Source: an uncultured candidate division Zixibacteria bacterium (GTDB lineage Bacteria; Zixibacteria; MSB-5A5; GN15; FEB-12). Taken from it: a stretch of DNA of 64,000 nucleotides. The translations under genes and the position numbers were made by a program. A model generated the notes under the pieces. The model saw only the letters and a list, made by a program, of their open reading frames with translations. It was not told the DNA's origin and made no database searches. Positions 48,488-60,978 of this stretch are shown here, piece after piece. Location: NCBI GenBank assembly GCA_963735035.1, contig CAVTJJ010000003.1, positions 96,001 through 160,000 on the forward strand. Direction: 5' to 3'. How positions within the stretch are numbered: the first letter of the stretch is position 1; each line of letters starts with the position of its first letter.

Positions 48488-50038
48488 CTACAGCGGAATG
48501 TTCCCGTGCTTCTTGGGCGGGTTGGAATCTTTCTTGCTATTGAGCATCTCGAACGCGCGAATCAAACGCGGGCGGGTCGTTTTCGGCTCGATGACATCAT
48601 CCACATAACCGCGCGCCGCCGCCACGTACGGATTGGCGAACTTCTCTCGGAATTCATCCGTCTTCTTCTGTATTTCCGCTTCGGGGTCAGTCGCCTCGTT
48701 AATGTCTTTCTTGAAAATGATCTCCACCGCACCCTTCGGCCCCATCACCGCAATTTCGGCGGTCGGCCAGGCGTAGTTCATGTCGCCACGGACATGTTTG
48801 GAGTTCATGACGTCGTATGCACCGCCGTACGCCTTGCGCGTGATGATCGTTACTTTCGGCACGGTCGCTTCGCAATAGGCATAGAGCAGCTTGGCACCGT
48901 TCTTAATGATGCCGCCGTGCTCCTGATCGACCCCCGGCATGAATCCGGGAACATCCTCGAATGTAACGAGCGGAATGTTAAAGCAGTCGCAGAACCGAAT
49001 AAATCGCGCACCCTTCGCGGATGAATTTATATCCAGCACCCCCGCCATCACCGCCGGCTGATTGGCGATAATGCCGATTGATCGTCCGCCCAAACGGGCG
49101 AAACCGACTACGATATTTTGCGCGAATTCCTCGTGCACTTCGAAGAACGTCCCTTCGTCCACCACCAACTTGATGACGTCCTTGATATCGTACGGGTGAT
49201 TCGGATTATCTGGCACGATTTGGTTGAGCGCTTCCGATTCGCGGTCGAGCGGATCATTGGTCGCCATCCACGGCGGATCTTCCAAGTTGTTCTGGGGAAT
49301 GTAGCTGAGCAGGCGCTTCAGTTTGTCGATGACGTCCGCTTCGTTCTCGCATGCGAAATGTGCGACGCCCGACTTCGACGCATGCACCATCGCGCCGCCG
49401 AGTTCTTCCGACGTCACTTGTTCGTGGGTCACCGTCTTGACCACGTTCGGTCCGGTGACAAACATATACGACGTCCCCTTGGTCATGAGCACGAAATCGG
49501 TAATGGCCGGGCTGTAAACCGCTCCGCCTGCACAGGGACCGAGTATGGCCGATATTTGCGGCACAACACCCGACGCGAGCGTGTTGAGCAGGAAGATATC
49601 GGCATAGCCTCCCAGCGACACAACGCCTTCCTGAATGCGCGCGCCGCCGGAATCGTTGAGGCCTATTACCGGCGCACCGACTTTCATGGCCATCTTCATG
49701 ATCTTGCAGACCTTCTCGGCGTGAGCCTCTGAGAGCGAGCCGCCGAAAACGGTGAAGTCCTGCGAGAAGATATACACCATGCGGCCGTTGATCTTGCCGC
49801 AGCCGGTGATGACGCCGTCGCCCAGGAATTTCTTGTCGGCCAGGCCGAAATCGGAAGACCGGTGCGTGACGAACGCGTCGAATTCCTCGAACGAATTCGG
49901 ATCGACCAGCAATTCAACTCGTTCGCGCGCGGTCAGCTTTCCCTTTTTGTGCTGGTCGTCAATGCGTTCCTTGCCGCCGCCCAGCTTCGACCGGGAGCGC
50001 ATCGCTTCCAGATGCTCGAGCTTTTCTTTGAGTGACAC
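48488..50038 (-). CDS. pccB: Propionyl-CoA carboxylase beta (carboxyltransferase) subunit
   Basis: [39 protein letters not shown]. Confidence 0.93.
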   Translation of the reverse strand: MSLKEKLEHLEAMRSRSKLGGGKERIDDQHKKGKLTARERVELLVDPNSFEEFDAFVTHRSSDFGLADKKFLGDGVITGCGKINGRMVYIFSQDFTVFGGSLSEAHAEKVCKIMKMAMKVGAPVIGLNDSGGARIQEGVVSLGGYADIFLLNTLASGVVPQISAILGPCAGGAVYSPAITDFVLMTKGTSYMFVTGPNVVKTVTHEQVTSEELGGAMVHASKSGVAHFACENEADVIDKLKRLLSYIPQNNLEDPPWMATNDPLDRESEALNQIVPDNPNHPYDIKDVIKLVVDEGTFFEVHEEFAQNIVVGFARLGGRSIGIIANQPAVMAGVLDINSSAKGARFIRFCDCFNIPLVTFEDVPGFMPGVDQEHGGIIKNGAKLLYAYCEATVPKVTIITRKAYGGAYDVMNSKHVRGDMNYAWPTAEIAVMGPKGAVEIIFKKDINEATDPEAEIQKKTDEFREKFANPYVAAARGYVDDVIEPKTTRPRLIRAFEMLNSKKDSNPPKKHGNIPL

Positions 50039-50055
50039 CCTCTGTTACCCCTTGG

Positions 50056-50910
50056 CTATTTGGTCTGCCCGGTCAGTTCGTCGATCGGGTGTGCGATCAG
50101 CTTGCCGTCCTGCTCGGTGAATTTCGCGAGCGGCGCCTCGATATCGTGATCGAACGCCATGATGACATCATGATTTACAATGCGCTTGAGCGCTTCCCGC
50201 TTGGCCGCCATTGACTCACGCGGCACCAGATCGGTCGCCGGCACAAACGGCACGCGCATGTGATGCTGCGACGGGAAAATATCGGCGTAATAGAACACCT
50301 GATGTCCTTCGGATTCCAATTCGAGCGCAAAATGATCTTCCGTGTGACCGCCGGTGCTTACCGCCCGGATACCGGGAAACAGCTCCGTATCTTCGTCGAT
50401 GAAGCTGACCAGTCCGGCTTGTTCGAGAGGCAGGAGCCGCGACGAGATATACACCGCCGATGTGCGCTCGTCTGGATGGATCGCCGCTTCCCATTCGTCA
50501 CGACTGATGATGTAACGGGCGTTCTTGAAGCGCGGGATATATTCGCCGTCCACCCGCTTTACTACTCCGCCGCAATGGTCGGTGTGCAAGTGGGTGAGAA
50601 TGACCACGTCGATATCGTCCGGAGTCAGGCCGAGTTTCTTCAATCCTGCTTCGAGATGGGAGACGCCGTCGGTGTTGTAAACCTTCTTCTCCCGGTCGGA
50701 CAACGTATCGCCCAGGCCGGCGTCGAACAGCATATTCTTGCCGTGCGCTTTGAGCACGAACATGTTGACGACCATCGGAATGAGGTTGTTCTCGTCCGAC
50801 GGCCATATTTTACCCCAGATTAGTTTGGGGATAACGCCAAACATCGAACCTCCGTCGAGCTTGAACTTCTGCTCGACGAAGGTTCTGATTTCAAATTGTC
50901 CGAATTTCAT
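50056..50910 (-). CDS. MBL-fold metallo-hydrolase (YtnP-like)
   Basis: LDGGSMFGVIPK, THLHTDHCGG, GGHT..H, FDHD. Confidence 0.9.
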   Translation of the reverse strand: MKFGQFEIRTFVEQKFKLDGGSMFGVIPKLIWGKIWPSDENNLIPMVVNMFVLKAHGKNMLFDAGLGDTLSDREKKVYNTDGVSHLEAGLKKLGLTPDDIDVVILTHLHTDHCGGVVKRVDGEYIPRFKNARYIISRDEWEAAIHPDERTSAVYISSRLLPLEQAGLVSFIDEDTELFPGIRAVSTGGHTEDHFALELESEGHQVFYYADIFPSQHHMRVPFVPATDLVPRESMAAKREALKRIVNHDVIMAFDHDIEAPLAKFTEQDGKLIAHPIDELTGQTK

Positions 50911-52052
50911 CCGCGTCCTATGACACTGCCGGCAATAACCAGGCGCTGGATTTCCGACGTTCCTTCGTAAATCTCCAGAACGCGCTGATCGCGGTAGAGT
51001 TTCTCGATTGGCGAGAACTCACCGATATAGCCGTAACCACCGTGAATCTGCATAGCGCGGTCAACACAGAATCCCGCCGCCTCGGAGCAGAACAGTTTGG
51101 CCTGAGCCGCCTGAAGCGAGAAAGGCTCGCCTTTGTCCTGAAGCTGCGCCGCTTTGTAACACAACATGCGGGCCGCTTCGACCTGGGTGGACATATCGGC
51201 GATCATCCACTGGATCGCCTGCAATTTGGCAATCGGCTGACCGAACGCGATACGCTTCTTGGCATAGGCGATCGATTCATCGAGCGCTCTCTGCGCCACG
51301 CCCACGCCCTGCGCGGCCACGCCGATACGGGCGCCGTCGAGCGTCATCATGGCGTATCTGAAACCCTTGCCCGTCTCGCCGAGCAGGTTGGCTTTCGGCA
51401 CTTTGACGTCCTTGATGACGATCCCGCCGGTGGTGGCTGCGCGCATACCCATCTTATTCTTCAGGGTGCGCTTCTGCCAGCCGGGCTGGTCGGTTTCGAC
51501 AATCAGGGCTGACATCTTCGGAAGACCTTCAATCTTACAGAACAAGACGCCGATTTCGGCGGCATCGCCGTGCATGATGAAAATCTTCTCGCCGTTGACC
51601 AGGTAATGATCACCCTTGTCCACTGCCACGGTCTGAACGTTGGCGGCGTCGGAACCCGCCTGCGGCTCGGTCAGCACGAAGGCGCAGACTTTCTTTCCGG
51701 AAAGCAGGTCGGGGAGATATTTCTTCTTTTGCTCTTCGCTCGCGAAATAGACGATCGGATAACAGGCCAGCTCGCCCACGGCGCACAGGAGCCCGAAACC
51801 GGCGTCATGATAGCACAACTCCTCGATCAGGGTGATATACTCCATGTTGGATTTTCCCCTGCCGCCGTACTGGGTCGGGGAATTGTAGCCGATGAAACCG
51901 GCCTCGCCGAATTTGCGATACATGTCGCGCGGGAACGGGCGCGGTTCCGGTTTCTGATCCCATTCGACGGATACGGGATAGATGTGTTTTTCGGCGAACG
52001 CTTTGACTTCGTCGCGGACTGCTTGTTGTTTCGGATCAATGTTAAAAGGCAT
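50907..52052 (-). CDS. Acyl-CoA dehydrogenase (short/branched-chain type)
   Basis: LTEPQAGSD, NGEKIFI, KMGMRA, QIHGGYGY, IYEGTSEIQR. Confidence 0.93.
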   Translation of the reverse strand: MPFNIDPKQQAVRDEVKAFAEKHIYPVSVEWDQKPEPRPFPRDMYRKFGEAGFIGYNSPTQYGGRGKSNMEYITLIEELCYHDAGFGLLCAVGELACYPIVYFASEEQKKKYLPDLLSGKKVCAFVLTEPQAGSDAANVQTVAVDKGDHYLVNGEKIFIMHGDAAEIGVLFCKIEGLPKMSALIVETDQPGWQKRTLKNKMGMRAATTGGIVIKDVKVPKANLLGETGKGFRYAMMTLDGARIGVAAQGVGVAQRALDESIAYAKKRIAFGQPIAKLQAIQWMIADMSTQVEAARMLCYKAAQLQDKGEPFSLQAAQAKLFCSEAAGFCVDRAMQIHGGYGYIGEFSPIEKLYRDQRVLEIYEGTSEIQRLVIAGSVIGRG

Positions 52053-52089
52053 TTTTCCTCCTGAACGATATATAAGAATCTCTTCCTTG

Positions 52090-52509
52090 CTACATTATCT
52101 GTTCGTTGCTCTTCTTCGCCTCGACCGCTTTTCTGAGGAAATCGATCGCATCCTCAGTGGCCGCGCCGGGCGTGAACAGTTTCGCCACACCCAACTTCTC
52201 CAGCTCTTCTTTGTCTTCGTCGGGGATGATCCCGCCGCCGAACAAGAGCATATCCTCCGCGCCGCGCCTCTTCATTTCGTCGAGGATCGCCGGAAACAGA
52301 GTCATGTGCGCGCCGGAGAGGACCGAGACGCCGATCGCATCGACATCTTCCTGCACGGCGGCATCGACCACCATTTCGGGGGTTTGGCGAAGGCCGGTGT
52401 AGATGACTTCGAACCCGGCGTCGCGGAAGGCCGCGGCGATGACTTTGATGCCGCGATCGTGGCCGTCAAGGCCGGGTTTGGCTAAGAGTACTCTGATTTT
52501 TTTGGACAT
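52090..52509 (-). CDS. Cobalamin-binding small subunit of an acyl-CoA mutase
   Basis: [19 protein letters not shown]. Confidence 0.95.
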   Translation of the reverse strand: MSKKIRVLLAKPGLDGHDRGIKVIAAAFRDAGFEVIYTGLRQTPEMVVDAAVQEDVDAIGVSVLSGAHMTLFPAILDEMKRRGAEDMLLFGGGIIPDEDKEELEKLGVAKLFTPGAATEDAIDFLRKAVEAKKSNEQIM

Positions 52510-52565
52510 AGATTTCTATCTCAACATCACCACTGGAACATTCATGCATTTGTTTCGAGTAAATC

Positions 52566-54263
52566 CTACGACACCTGCATCGCCGATTGACTCTCGGACC
52601 ATTCGCCCCAGACACCCCGGAGCACATCACACATCTCGCCCACCGAGCCGTACACCCGCGCACAATCGAGAATCGCCGGGAACGTATTCCCCGTGCCGGA
52701 CGCTACATCGCGCAGTCGATTCAGCGCCGCCTGTACTTTGACATTGTCGCGCCCGGCCTTGATCTTCTTGCAGAACGCCACCTGCGCGTGCTCCATCGCC
52801 TGGTCGATCCGAAGCACCGGGATGTCAACCTTCTCGTTTTCGAGAACGAAATCGTTCACACCTACCACGACCCGCTCTTTCTTTTCGATCTCGCGCTGAT
52901 AGGCGTAGGCCGAGCGGGCGATTTCGCGCTGGAAGTAACCGTCCTCGATAGCCTCGAACACGCCGCCGCGCTCTTCGATCTCGGCGAAAATCTTCTCCGC
53001 CTCGGCTTCCATCTGGTCGGTCAGCGCCTCGACAAACCACGAACCGCCGAGCGGGTCAATCGTGTTGGCCACGCCGGTTTCATAGGCGAGCACCTGCTGC
53101 GTGCGAAGAGCGATCCGGGCCGCCTTGTCGCTCGGCAGCGCTAGAGTTTCATCCATGGAATTCGTATGCAATGACTGCGTACCGCCCAGCACCGCCGAGA
53201 GCCCCTGAAGCGCCACGCGCGCGATATTGATCTCCGGCTGCTGTGCGGTCAGCGAGCATCCGGCCGTCTGGGTATGGAACCGGAGCAGCCAGCTTCGTTC
53301 GTCTTTGGCGTGGTACTTGTCACGCATCCGCTTGGCGTAGATGCGGCGCGCCGCCCGATACTTGGCGATTTCCTCGAAGAAATCAGAGTGGGCGTTGAAG
53401 AAATACGAGAGCCTCGGCGCGAAAGCGTCGACGTCCTGCCCGGCCGCAATGGCCGATTCTATGTACTGGAACCCGTCGGCCAGGGTAAACGCCAGCTCCT
53501 GTGCGGCGGTCGCGCCCGCCTCGCGGATATGATAGCCGGAAATCGAAATCGTGTTGTATTGCGGAACGTGCTCAGTGCAGTAGGCCATCATATCGGTGAT
53601 GAGCCGCACCGACGGTCGCGGCGGGAAAATATATTCTTTCTGCGCGATATATTCTTTGAGGATATCATTCTGAAGCGTGCCGCGCACCTGAGAGAACGGA
53701 ACGCCCTGTTTCTCGGCGACCGCCAGGTACATGGCGAGAAGGATCGACGCCGGCGAGTTGATGGTCATCGACGTAGATACTTTGGCGAGGTCGATCTTGT
53801 CGAAGATGATTTCCATGTCGGCGAGGGTGTCGACCGCCACGCCGCACTTGCCGACTTCGCCGAGGGCGCGGGCGTGATCGGAATCGTAACCCATGAGAGT
53901 GGGCAGGTCAAACGCAGTCGAAAGGCCGGTGCCGCCTTCTTTGAGGAGCATCAGGAAGCGTTCGTTGGTCTGGCGCGGGTTGCCCATCCCGGCGAACTGG
54001 CGCATGGTCCAGAGGCGGGTGCGGTACATGGTGTGATGGACGCCACGGGTGTAGGGGAACTCGCCCGGCAGGCCGATGTGGCTCCAGTAGTGTTCGGGGT
54101 TGTCACCGTCCTGGATAGAATTCGGGCCGTAGAGTTCGTCGATGTCGACACCGGACACGGTGAAGAACCTCGGGAGCGATTTCTTGCCCCGGGATTTCGC
54201 GGCCTGCTTGTCCCATTCGCGCAGTCGGGCGTTGAGTTTGTCTAGGTGCTTTCTATCGAACAT
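52566..54263 (-). CDS. icmA: Isobutyryl-CoA mutase-type large subunit
   Basis: WTMRQFAG (Phe) and QNDILKEYIAQ (Gln) in place of the MCM Tyr/Arg. Confidence 0.8.
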   Translation of the reverse strand: MFDRKHLDKLNARLREWDKQAAKSRGKKSLPRFFTVSGVDIDELYGPNSIQDGDNPEHYWSHIGLPGEFPYTRGVHHTMYRTRLWTMRQFAGMGNPRQTNERFLMLLKEGGTGLSTAFDLPTLMGYDSDHARALGEVGKCGVAVDTLADMEIIFDKIDLAKVSTSMTINSPASILLAMYLAVAEKQGVPFSQVRGTLQNDILKEYIAQKEYIFPPRPSVRLITDMMAYCTEHVPQYNTISISGYHIREAGATAAQELAFTLADGFQYIESAIAAGQDVDAFAPRLSYFFNAHSDFFEEIAKYRAARRIYAKRMRDKYHAKDERSWLLRFHTQTAGCSLTAQQPEINIARVALQGLSAVLGGTQSLHTNSMDETLALPSDKAARIALRTQQVLAYETGVANTIDPLGGSWFVEALTDQMEAEAEKIFAEIEERGGVFEAIEDGYFQREIARSAYAYQREIEKKERVVVGVNDFVLENEKVDIPVLRIDQAMEHAQVAFCKKIKAGRDNVKVQAALNRLRDVASGTGNTFPAILDCARVYGSVGEMCDVLRGVWGEWSESQSAMQVS

Positions 54264-54409
54264 CTCTCGTTTATCTCCTTGCCGGTCAGAACATTTACCA
54301 TAATACAAAGGTCCCGCAAAAGCAAGCAAGCAGGTGTTCTTCCGTGTCGGGCCGGGTCGACGTATCCGCCACGGCCACAAGCCATTACGATTCACCATGT
54401 ACGGTAACT

Positions 54410-54999
54410 GAGGCGATCAATCGGTTGCGGCAGGTCCTGACCGAGTCCGCCACGGGCGGATGAGGTTGTGACCTGCCGCCTTCAGCGCGACTCAAGCTCG
54501 GGTAGGGCAGAACCCTCGCCGCCTCGGCGAGTGGTTCTGCCATCTTCGCGCGTGACTTCCGTAGCGTGGCAATCTCAAATCGGCACCATCGGTGCGAGCC
54601 GGCAGATGTGGACATCTGCCGGGCACGTGGTATGAACGGCGAATGAGGCGCTATTCGGTTGCGGCAGGTCCTGACCGAGACCGTCGGAGGCGGTCGAGGT
54701 TGTGACCTGCCGCATTCCGCGCGGCTCAAGTTCGGGTAGGGCAGAACCCGCGCCGCTTCGGCGAGCGGTTCTGCCATCTTCGCGCGTGGCCTCCATAGCG
54801 TTGCAATCTCAATTCGACGCATCAGTGCGAGCCGGCAGATGTGGACCCGCCTGCGGCGGGCCGGGCACTCTTCATGAGCGAGCTTCCCCTCTGTCTTGCC
54901 CCGCTTCAGGCGGGGCATCCAGGGCGACAAATCCCACCCGTTGGGTGGGGTACCGAAGAGTGTTGTGCGAGCCGGCAGATGTGGGCATCTGCCGGGCAC
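54410..54999. repeat. BIME-like array: two ~235-bp direct repeats of stacked palindromes plus a partial third unit
   Basis: Units 54410-54626 and 54645-54868; partial unit 54965-54999. Confidence 0.88.
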
Positions 55000-55043
55000 G
55001 TGAGAAAATGACCTGTTTCGAACCGAGGCCGAATCTAGCCCAC

Positions 55044-56054
55044 CTACCGCTTCAGGAATTGCCGATAGAGCTGGTCACTGATCATGTACGGATTGGTCTG
55101 GCCGGTGCGAATCTGCTCGATCGCTTTGTCCAACTCGGACTCGTCGGCCAGATGACTGATGAATTCACCCTGAAACCGGTGAATGAGGATGTTGAGAATC
55201 TTCTTCCGCAGGCGGCGGCGGCGGTTCCGGTCGAACAATCCTGATTCTCGACTGTGTTCGAGATATCCGTTGATAGCCGCAAACAGGGCGTCGACATTCT
55301 TGCCGGAAGTTGCCTCGGTCTGGATAATCGGAATGGTATGATCTTCGCCATTGTCATGGCTGACCAGCGTGTGCCGCTGGGTTGTCAGTCCACTGGCCGC
55401 GTGTCGGGCGCGGGATACCATCAACTGGGTTTCGAGCGTATGGCGCAGGTCGGCGGCGAGACGTTCTGCCCCCGGACGGTCGGCCTTGTTGAGACAGAAA
55501 ATGTCGGCGATTTCCATCAAACCGGCTTTGAGCATCTGGACAGCATCGCCCGACTCCGGCACAATGACGACCACGACCACATCGCAGGTATCGATAATGT
55601 CGAGCTCTACCTGTCCGACTCCGACCGTTTCGATCAAAGTGATATCGAATCCAAAGGCATCGTAGAGAATCGCCACGTTGTCGGTGGCCGCGGCCAGTCC
55701 ACCGGTGGCGCCACGAGTGGCCATCGAGCGGAAATAGATGCGGCCGTCGATAGGAAAATCATTCATCCGGACCCGGTCACCCAGAAGCGCCCCACCGGTA
55801 AAGGGCGAAGTCGGGTCAACCGCAACGATGCCGATCTTCTTATTCTGATTCAGGAATTGGCGGGCCAGACCGTTGACGAGAGTCGATTTGCCTGCGCCGG
55901 GAGGACCGGTGACACCGATTCGGAGCGAATGTCCCGCTTTCGAATAGAGCCGCCCGAGCAGGTCCTGAAAACCCTCACCCCGGTTCTCGACATGGGACAC
56001 CAGCCGCGACAGCGCCCGAATGTCCCCTTGCTCGAACCGCTCCAGAAGAGTCAT
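55044..56054 (-). CDS. meaB: Mutase-associated GTPase MeaB
   Basis: GVTGPPGAGKST, VDPTSPFTGGALLGDRVRM, ETVGVGQ, NKAD. Confidence 0.95.
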   Translation of the reverse strand: MTLLERFEQGDIRALSRLVSHVENRGEGFQDLLGRLYSKAGHSLRIGVTGPPGAGKSTLVNGLARQFLNQNKKIGIVAVDPTSPFTGGALLGDRVRMNDFPIDGRIYFRSMATRGATGGLAAATDNVAILYDAFGFDITLIETVGVGQVELDIIDTCDVVVVVIVPESGDAVQMLKAGLMEIADIFCLNKADRPGAERLAADLRHTLETQLMVSRARHAASGLTTQRHTLVSHDNGEDHTIPIIQTEATSGKNVDALFAAINGYLEHSRESGLFDRNRRRRLRKKILNILIHRFQGEFISHLADESELDKAIEQIRTGQTNPYMISDQLYRQFLKR

Positions 56055-56057
56055 GGC

Positions 56058-57803
56058 TCAGTATCCGGTTGTGAACTCTCCGACGGTCGGTTTGATGTCA
56101 CGCACCCGCATCTGCACTTTGGTGACACCGCGATAGGTATTGAACTCCAGAGCGTAGACTACATCCACCAGACAGCCCCGATCCGATAAATCGCGGGCCA
56201 TGTGGCCAAAACCGAATCCGATAACGTCGACCACGGCGCCATCCTTGCCGAGCTGCATCTTCAGGTGATTGCTTCCCACGACATAAGGCACGTCGATGAT
56301 TTCGCAGTTGCGGGTCAGGAATATGGGGCGCATGTTTTGCGGACCAAACGGCGCGAATTGCTCAAGCAGACGGACGAATTCTTCGGTGATATCATCCAGT
56401 CCGATTTCCAGATCGATGTTTAACTTGGGAGTGGTATCCTCCAGCGTGAGGTTTTGCCGGGAAACCTCTCTGAACAGATCGCGAAAGGCCGGGATATTCT
56501 CCGACTTGATCGAAAGCCCGGCGGCGTACTTGTGACCACCATAGCGCATCAAAAGATGTTCGCACTGCTTGAGAGCTTCACACAGGTGGAATCCGGGTAT
56601 CGAGCGAGCCGAACCTTTGCCTTCGCCGTCGCTAATCGCGATCATGACGGTCGGCAGATGATAGCGTTCCACCAGACGACTGGCGACAATCCCGATAACC
56701 CCCTGATGCCACCCCTCAGCGGAAAGCACGATCGCCTTGTCCTGTTCCAAATCAACCGTCTGTTCCATCTGGGCGAGTGCTTCCTGAAGCGTTTGCTCGT
56801 CAATCTCTTTGCGGCGGCGGTTTTCGCTGTCGAGTTTGCGGGCGATATCGGACGCCAGACGTTCGTCGCGCGTGGCCAGCAGGCGGGCCGCTTGACGGGC
56901 GTCACCCAGGCGGCCGATGGCGTTGAGGCGCGGCGCCAGGATAAATACCACCTGACCGGTGCCGATCTCTTTGCCCATCAAACCCGATACAAAAGCAAGC
57001 GACTTGATGCCCGGTTTGGTAGTGCGGGCTATCTGCTTGATTCCGAACTTGGTCAGCACGCGGTTTTCATCCACGAGCGGAACAATATCCGCGGATGTGC
57101 CCAGCGCCACGAGATCGAGATGTTCATGAAGTTCGTTTTCGTCCTGGCCGAGCCTCCGGTAAAGCGCCTGAGCGAATTTGTAGGCCACCCCGACTCCCGA
57201 CAATTCACCGCCGTAATCGCACGCCGACTGTTTGGGATTGATGATCGCCAGCGCTGCAGGAAGCGCATCGGCCGGTTCATGATGATCGGTCACGACCACA
57301 TCGATACCGATCGACGTTGCATATTTGATCTCTTCCACCGCGGTGATACCGGTATCGACCGTCACTACCAGAGACACACCGGCCTTCTTGGCCAGGTCAA
57401 TCCCCTCGGTCGAAAGGCCGTACCCTTCGGTCAGACGATTGGGCAGGTAGAAATCGGCGTTGGCTCCGAGCTTGTTTAGAACGAGATACAGGAGCGCGGT
57501 GGCCGTGATGCCGTCGACATCGTAATCGCCGTAGATAAGGATCTTCTCGTTGTTATAGAGGGCCTTGGTGAGACGGTCGATGCCCAGATCCATACCACTC
57601 ATTTCAAACGGATCTTTGAGATCGGCCAGACTCGGTTCGAGAAAGGTGTGGATAGATGCGGGCGTGTCCAGGCCACGGTTGACGAGAATCTTGACTATGT
57701 TCTTGGGCAGACTGGTATCTATAACCAGTTGGTCCACTAGCCGGAAATCAGGAGTACCGGCCAGTTCCCACCGGGGAGAAGCGGTCTTGTGAGCCAGGCT
57801 CAT
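56058..57803 (-). CDS. recJ: Single-stranded-DNA exonuclease RecJ
   Basis: YGDYDVDG, TVDTG, TDHH, PRLNA.GR, GSARS, GGH..AAG. Confidence 0.96.
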   Translation of the reverse strand: MSLAHKTASPRWELAGTPDFRLVDQLVIDTSLPKNIVKILVNRGLDTPASIHTFLEPSLADLKDPFEMSGMDLGIDRLTKALYNNEKILIYGDYDVDGITATALLYLVLNKLGANADFYLPNRLTEGYGLSTEGIDLAKKAGVSLVVTVDTGITAVEEIKYATSIGIDVVVTDHHEPADALPAALAIINPKQSACDYGGELSGVGVAYKFAQALYRRLGQDENELHEHLDLVALGTSADIVPLVDENRVLTKFGIKQIARTTKPGIKSLAFVSGLMGKEIGTGQVVFILAPRLNAIGRLGDARQAARLLATRDERLASDIARKLDSENRRRKEIDEQTLQEALAQMEQTVDLEQDKAIVLSAEGWHQGVIGIVASRLVERYHLPTVMIAISDGEGKGSARSIPGFHLCEALKQCEHLLMRYGGHKYAAGLSIKSENIPAFRDLFREVSRQNLTLEDTTPKLNIDLEIGLDDITEEFVRLLEQFAPFGPQNMRPIFLTRNCEIIDVPYVVGSNHLKMQLGKDGAVVDVIGFGFGHMARDLSDRGCLVDVVYALEFNTYRGVTKVQMRVRDIKPTVGEFTTGY

Positions 57804-57830
57804 ATGTGCCTCACAGCAGCTGTGAGCCAG

Positions 57831-58199
57831 CGAAAGCAGAAGATAAGCCGAGTTCTGTGCGTCCTGTTGCGCAGGACGGCAGTCATTGATCTGGGCGGCC
57901 GGTTGCCCGGTCCGCTCCTGCGGCCTACCCGGGAATGGTAGCGGAGCGAATCAACTCCTCTTCCCCTATTTGGCCTTGCTCCGAGCGGGGTTTACCCACT
58001 GCTCCATCTCTGGAGTCAGCCGTGGTCTCTTACACCGCGATTTCACCCTTACCTCCGAACGAGTCGGCGGCGGTATGTTTCTGTGGCACTTTCCGTCGGA
58101 TTACTCCGCCCCGGCGTTACCGGGCGCTCTGATTCTGTGGAGCTCGGACTTTCCTCACTCTAAACGATGTTTAAAGCGCGACTGCTCCTTCTACTTTCG
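57831..58199 (-). ncRNA. rnpB: RNase P RNA
   Basis: GAGGAAAGTCCGAGC near the 5' end, ACAGAACTCGGCTTA near the 3' end, terminal P1 pairing CGAAAGTAGAAG with ...TTCTGCTTTCG. Confidence 0.95.
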
Positions 58200-58256
58200 T
58201 CGTCTCGAGTTAATATATACAAACAAACAACACTTCTCGATTTCATGGCCCACAGC

Positions 58257-60471
<2,215 letters not shown>

Positions 60472-60508
60472 GGGTAATGCCTCCTTAATGGGTTGAGTCA
60501 TAACCAAC

Positions 60509-60550
60509 AAAAAACCGCATTTCCCTGTGATCCGCGGGAAATGCGGTTTT
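60509..60550 (-). terminator. Intrinsic terminator downstream of the tRNA pair
   Basis: AAAACCGCATTTCCC...GGGAAATGCGGTTTT inverted repeat with T6 on the minus strand. Confidence 0.8.
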
Positions 60551-60642
60551 AACCTCGCTATTTCGACCAGCCGTCTGTATGCGAATTTCAGTAATTACGG
60601 CTGGAATGAACCTTTTTTTCACGACACTCTTTTTACAATCTA

Positions 60643-60716
60643 TGGGCAATACTGGACTCGAACCAGTGACCTCTCGGATGTGAACCGAACGCTCTAACCA
60701 GCTGAGCTAATTGCCC
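60643..60716 (-). tRNA. tRNA-Val(CAC)
   Basis: GGGCAATTAGCTCAGCTGGTTAGAGCG-TTCGG-TTCACAT-CCGAG-AGGTCACTGGTTCGAGTCCAGTATTGCCCA; CCA not encoded. Confidence 0.95.
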
Positions 60717-60745
60717 ATTCTTCAGTCCTATCCGTGCCCACAATC

Positions 60746-60819
60746 TGGGCCCAGTAGGACTTGAACCTACGACCCGCTGATTATGAGTCAGCTGCTCTAA
60801 CCAACTGAGCTATGGGCCC
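60746..60819 (-). tRNA. tRNA with CAT anticodon, probably tRNA-Ile2 (lysidine)
   Basis: GGGCCCATAGCTCAGTTGGTTAGAGCA-GCTGA-CTCATAA-TCAGC...; acceptor stem resembles Ile2, lacks initiator features. Confidence 0.88.
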
Positions 60820-60836
60820 AAATGGCCAAGTCTTGT

Positions 60837-60865
60837 AACTTATGGCCTCAATCATGTTCCGTCAA
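60837..60865 (-). promoter_or_regulatory. sigma70 promoter of the tRNA pair
   Basis: TTGACG-N17-TAAGTT about 18 nt upstream of the first tRNA. Confidence 0.6.
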
Positions 60866-60978
60866 GCCGAAATAGACCAAATTGGACGGTTTTATCAATT
60901 GATCGCTAATCCTGAATCAAGAGACCGGCCCGCCATGCGAGGCAGTCATAACGCGTTGTGGGTCAATTGGTTGCGTTC

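Noticed and set aside
54385..54999. 204-aa ORF with an internal duplication
   Set aside because: It is a translation of the palindromic repeat array, Arg/Pro-rich with no recognisable domain.
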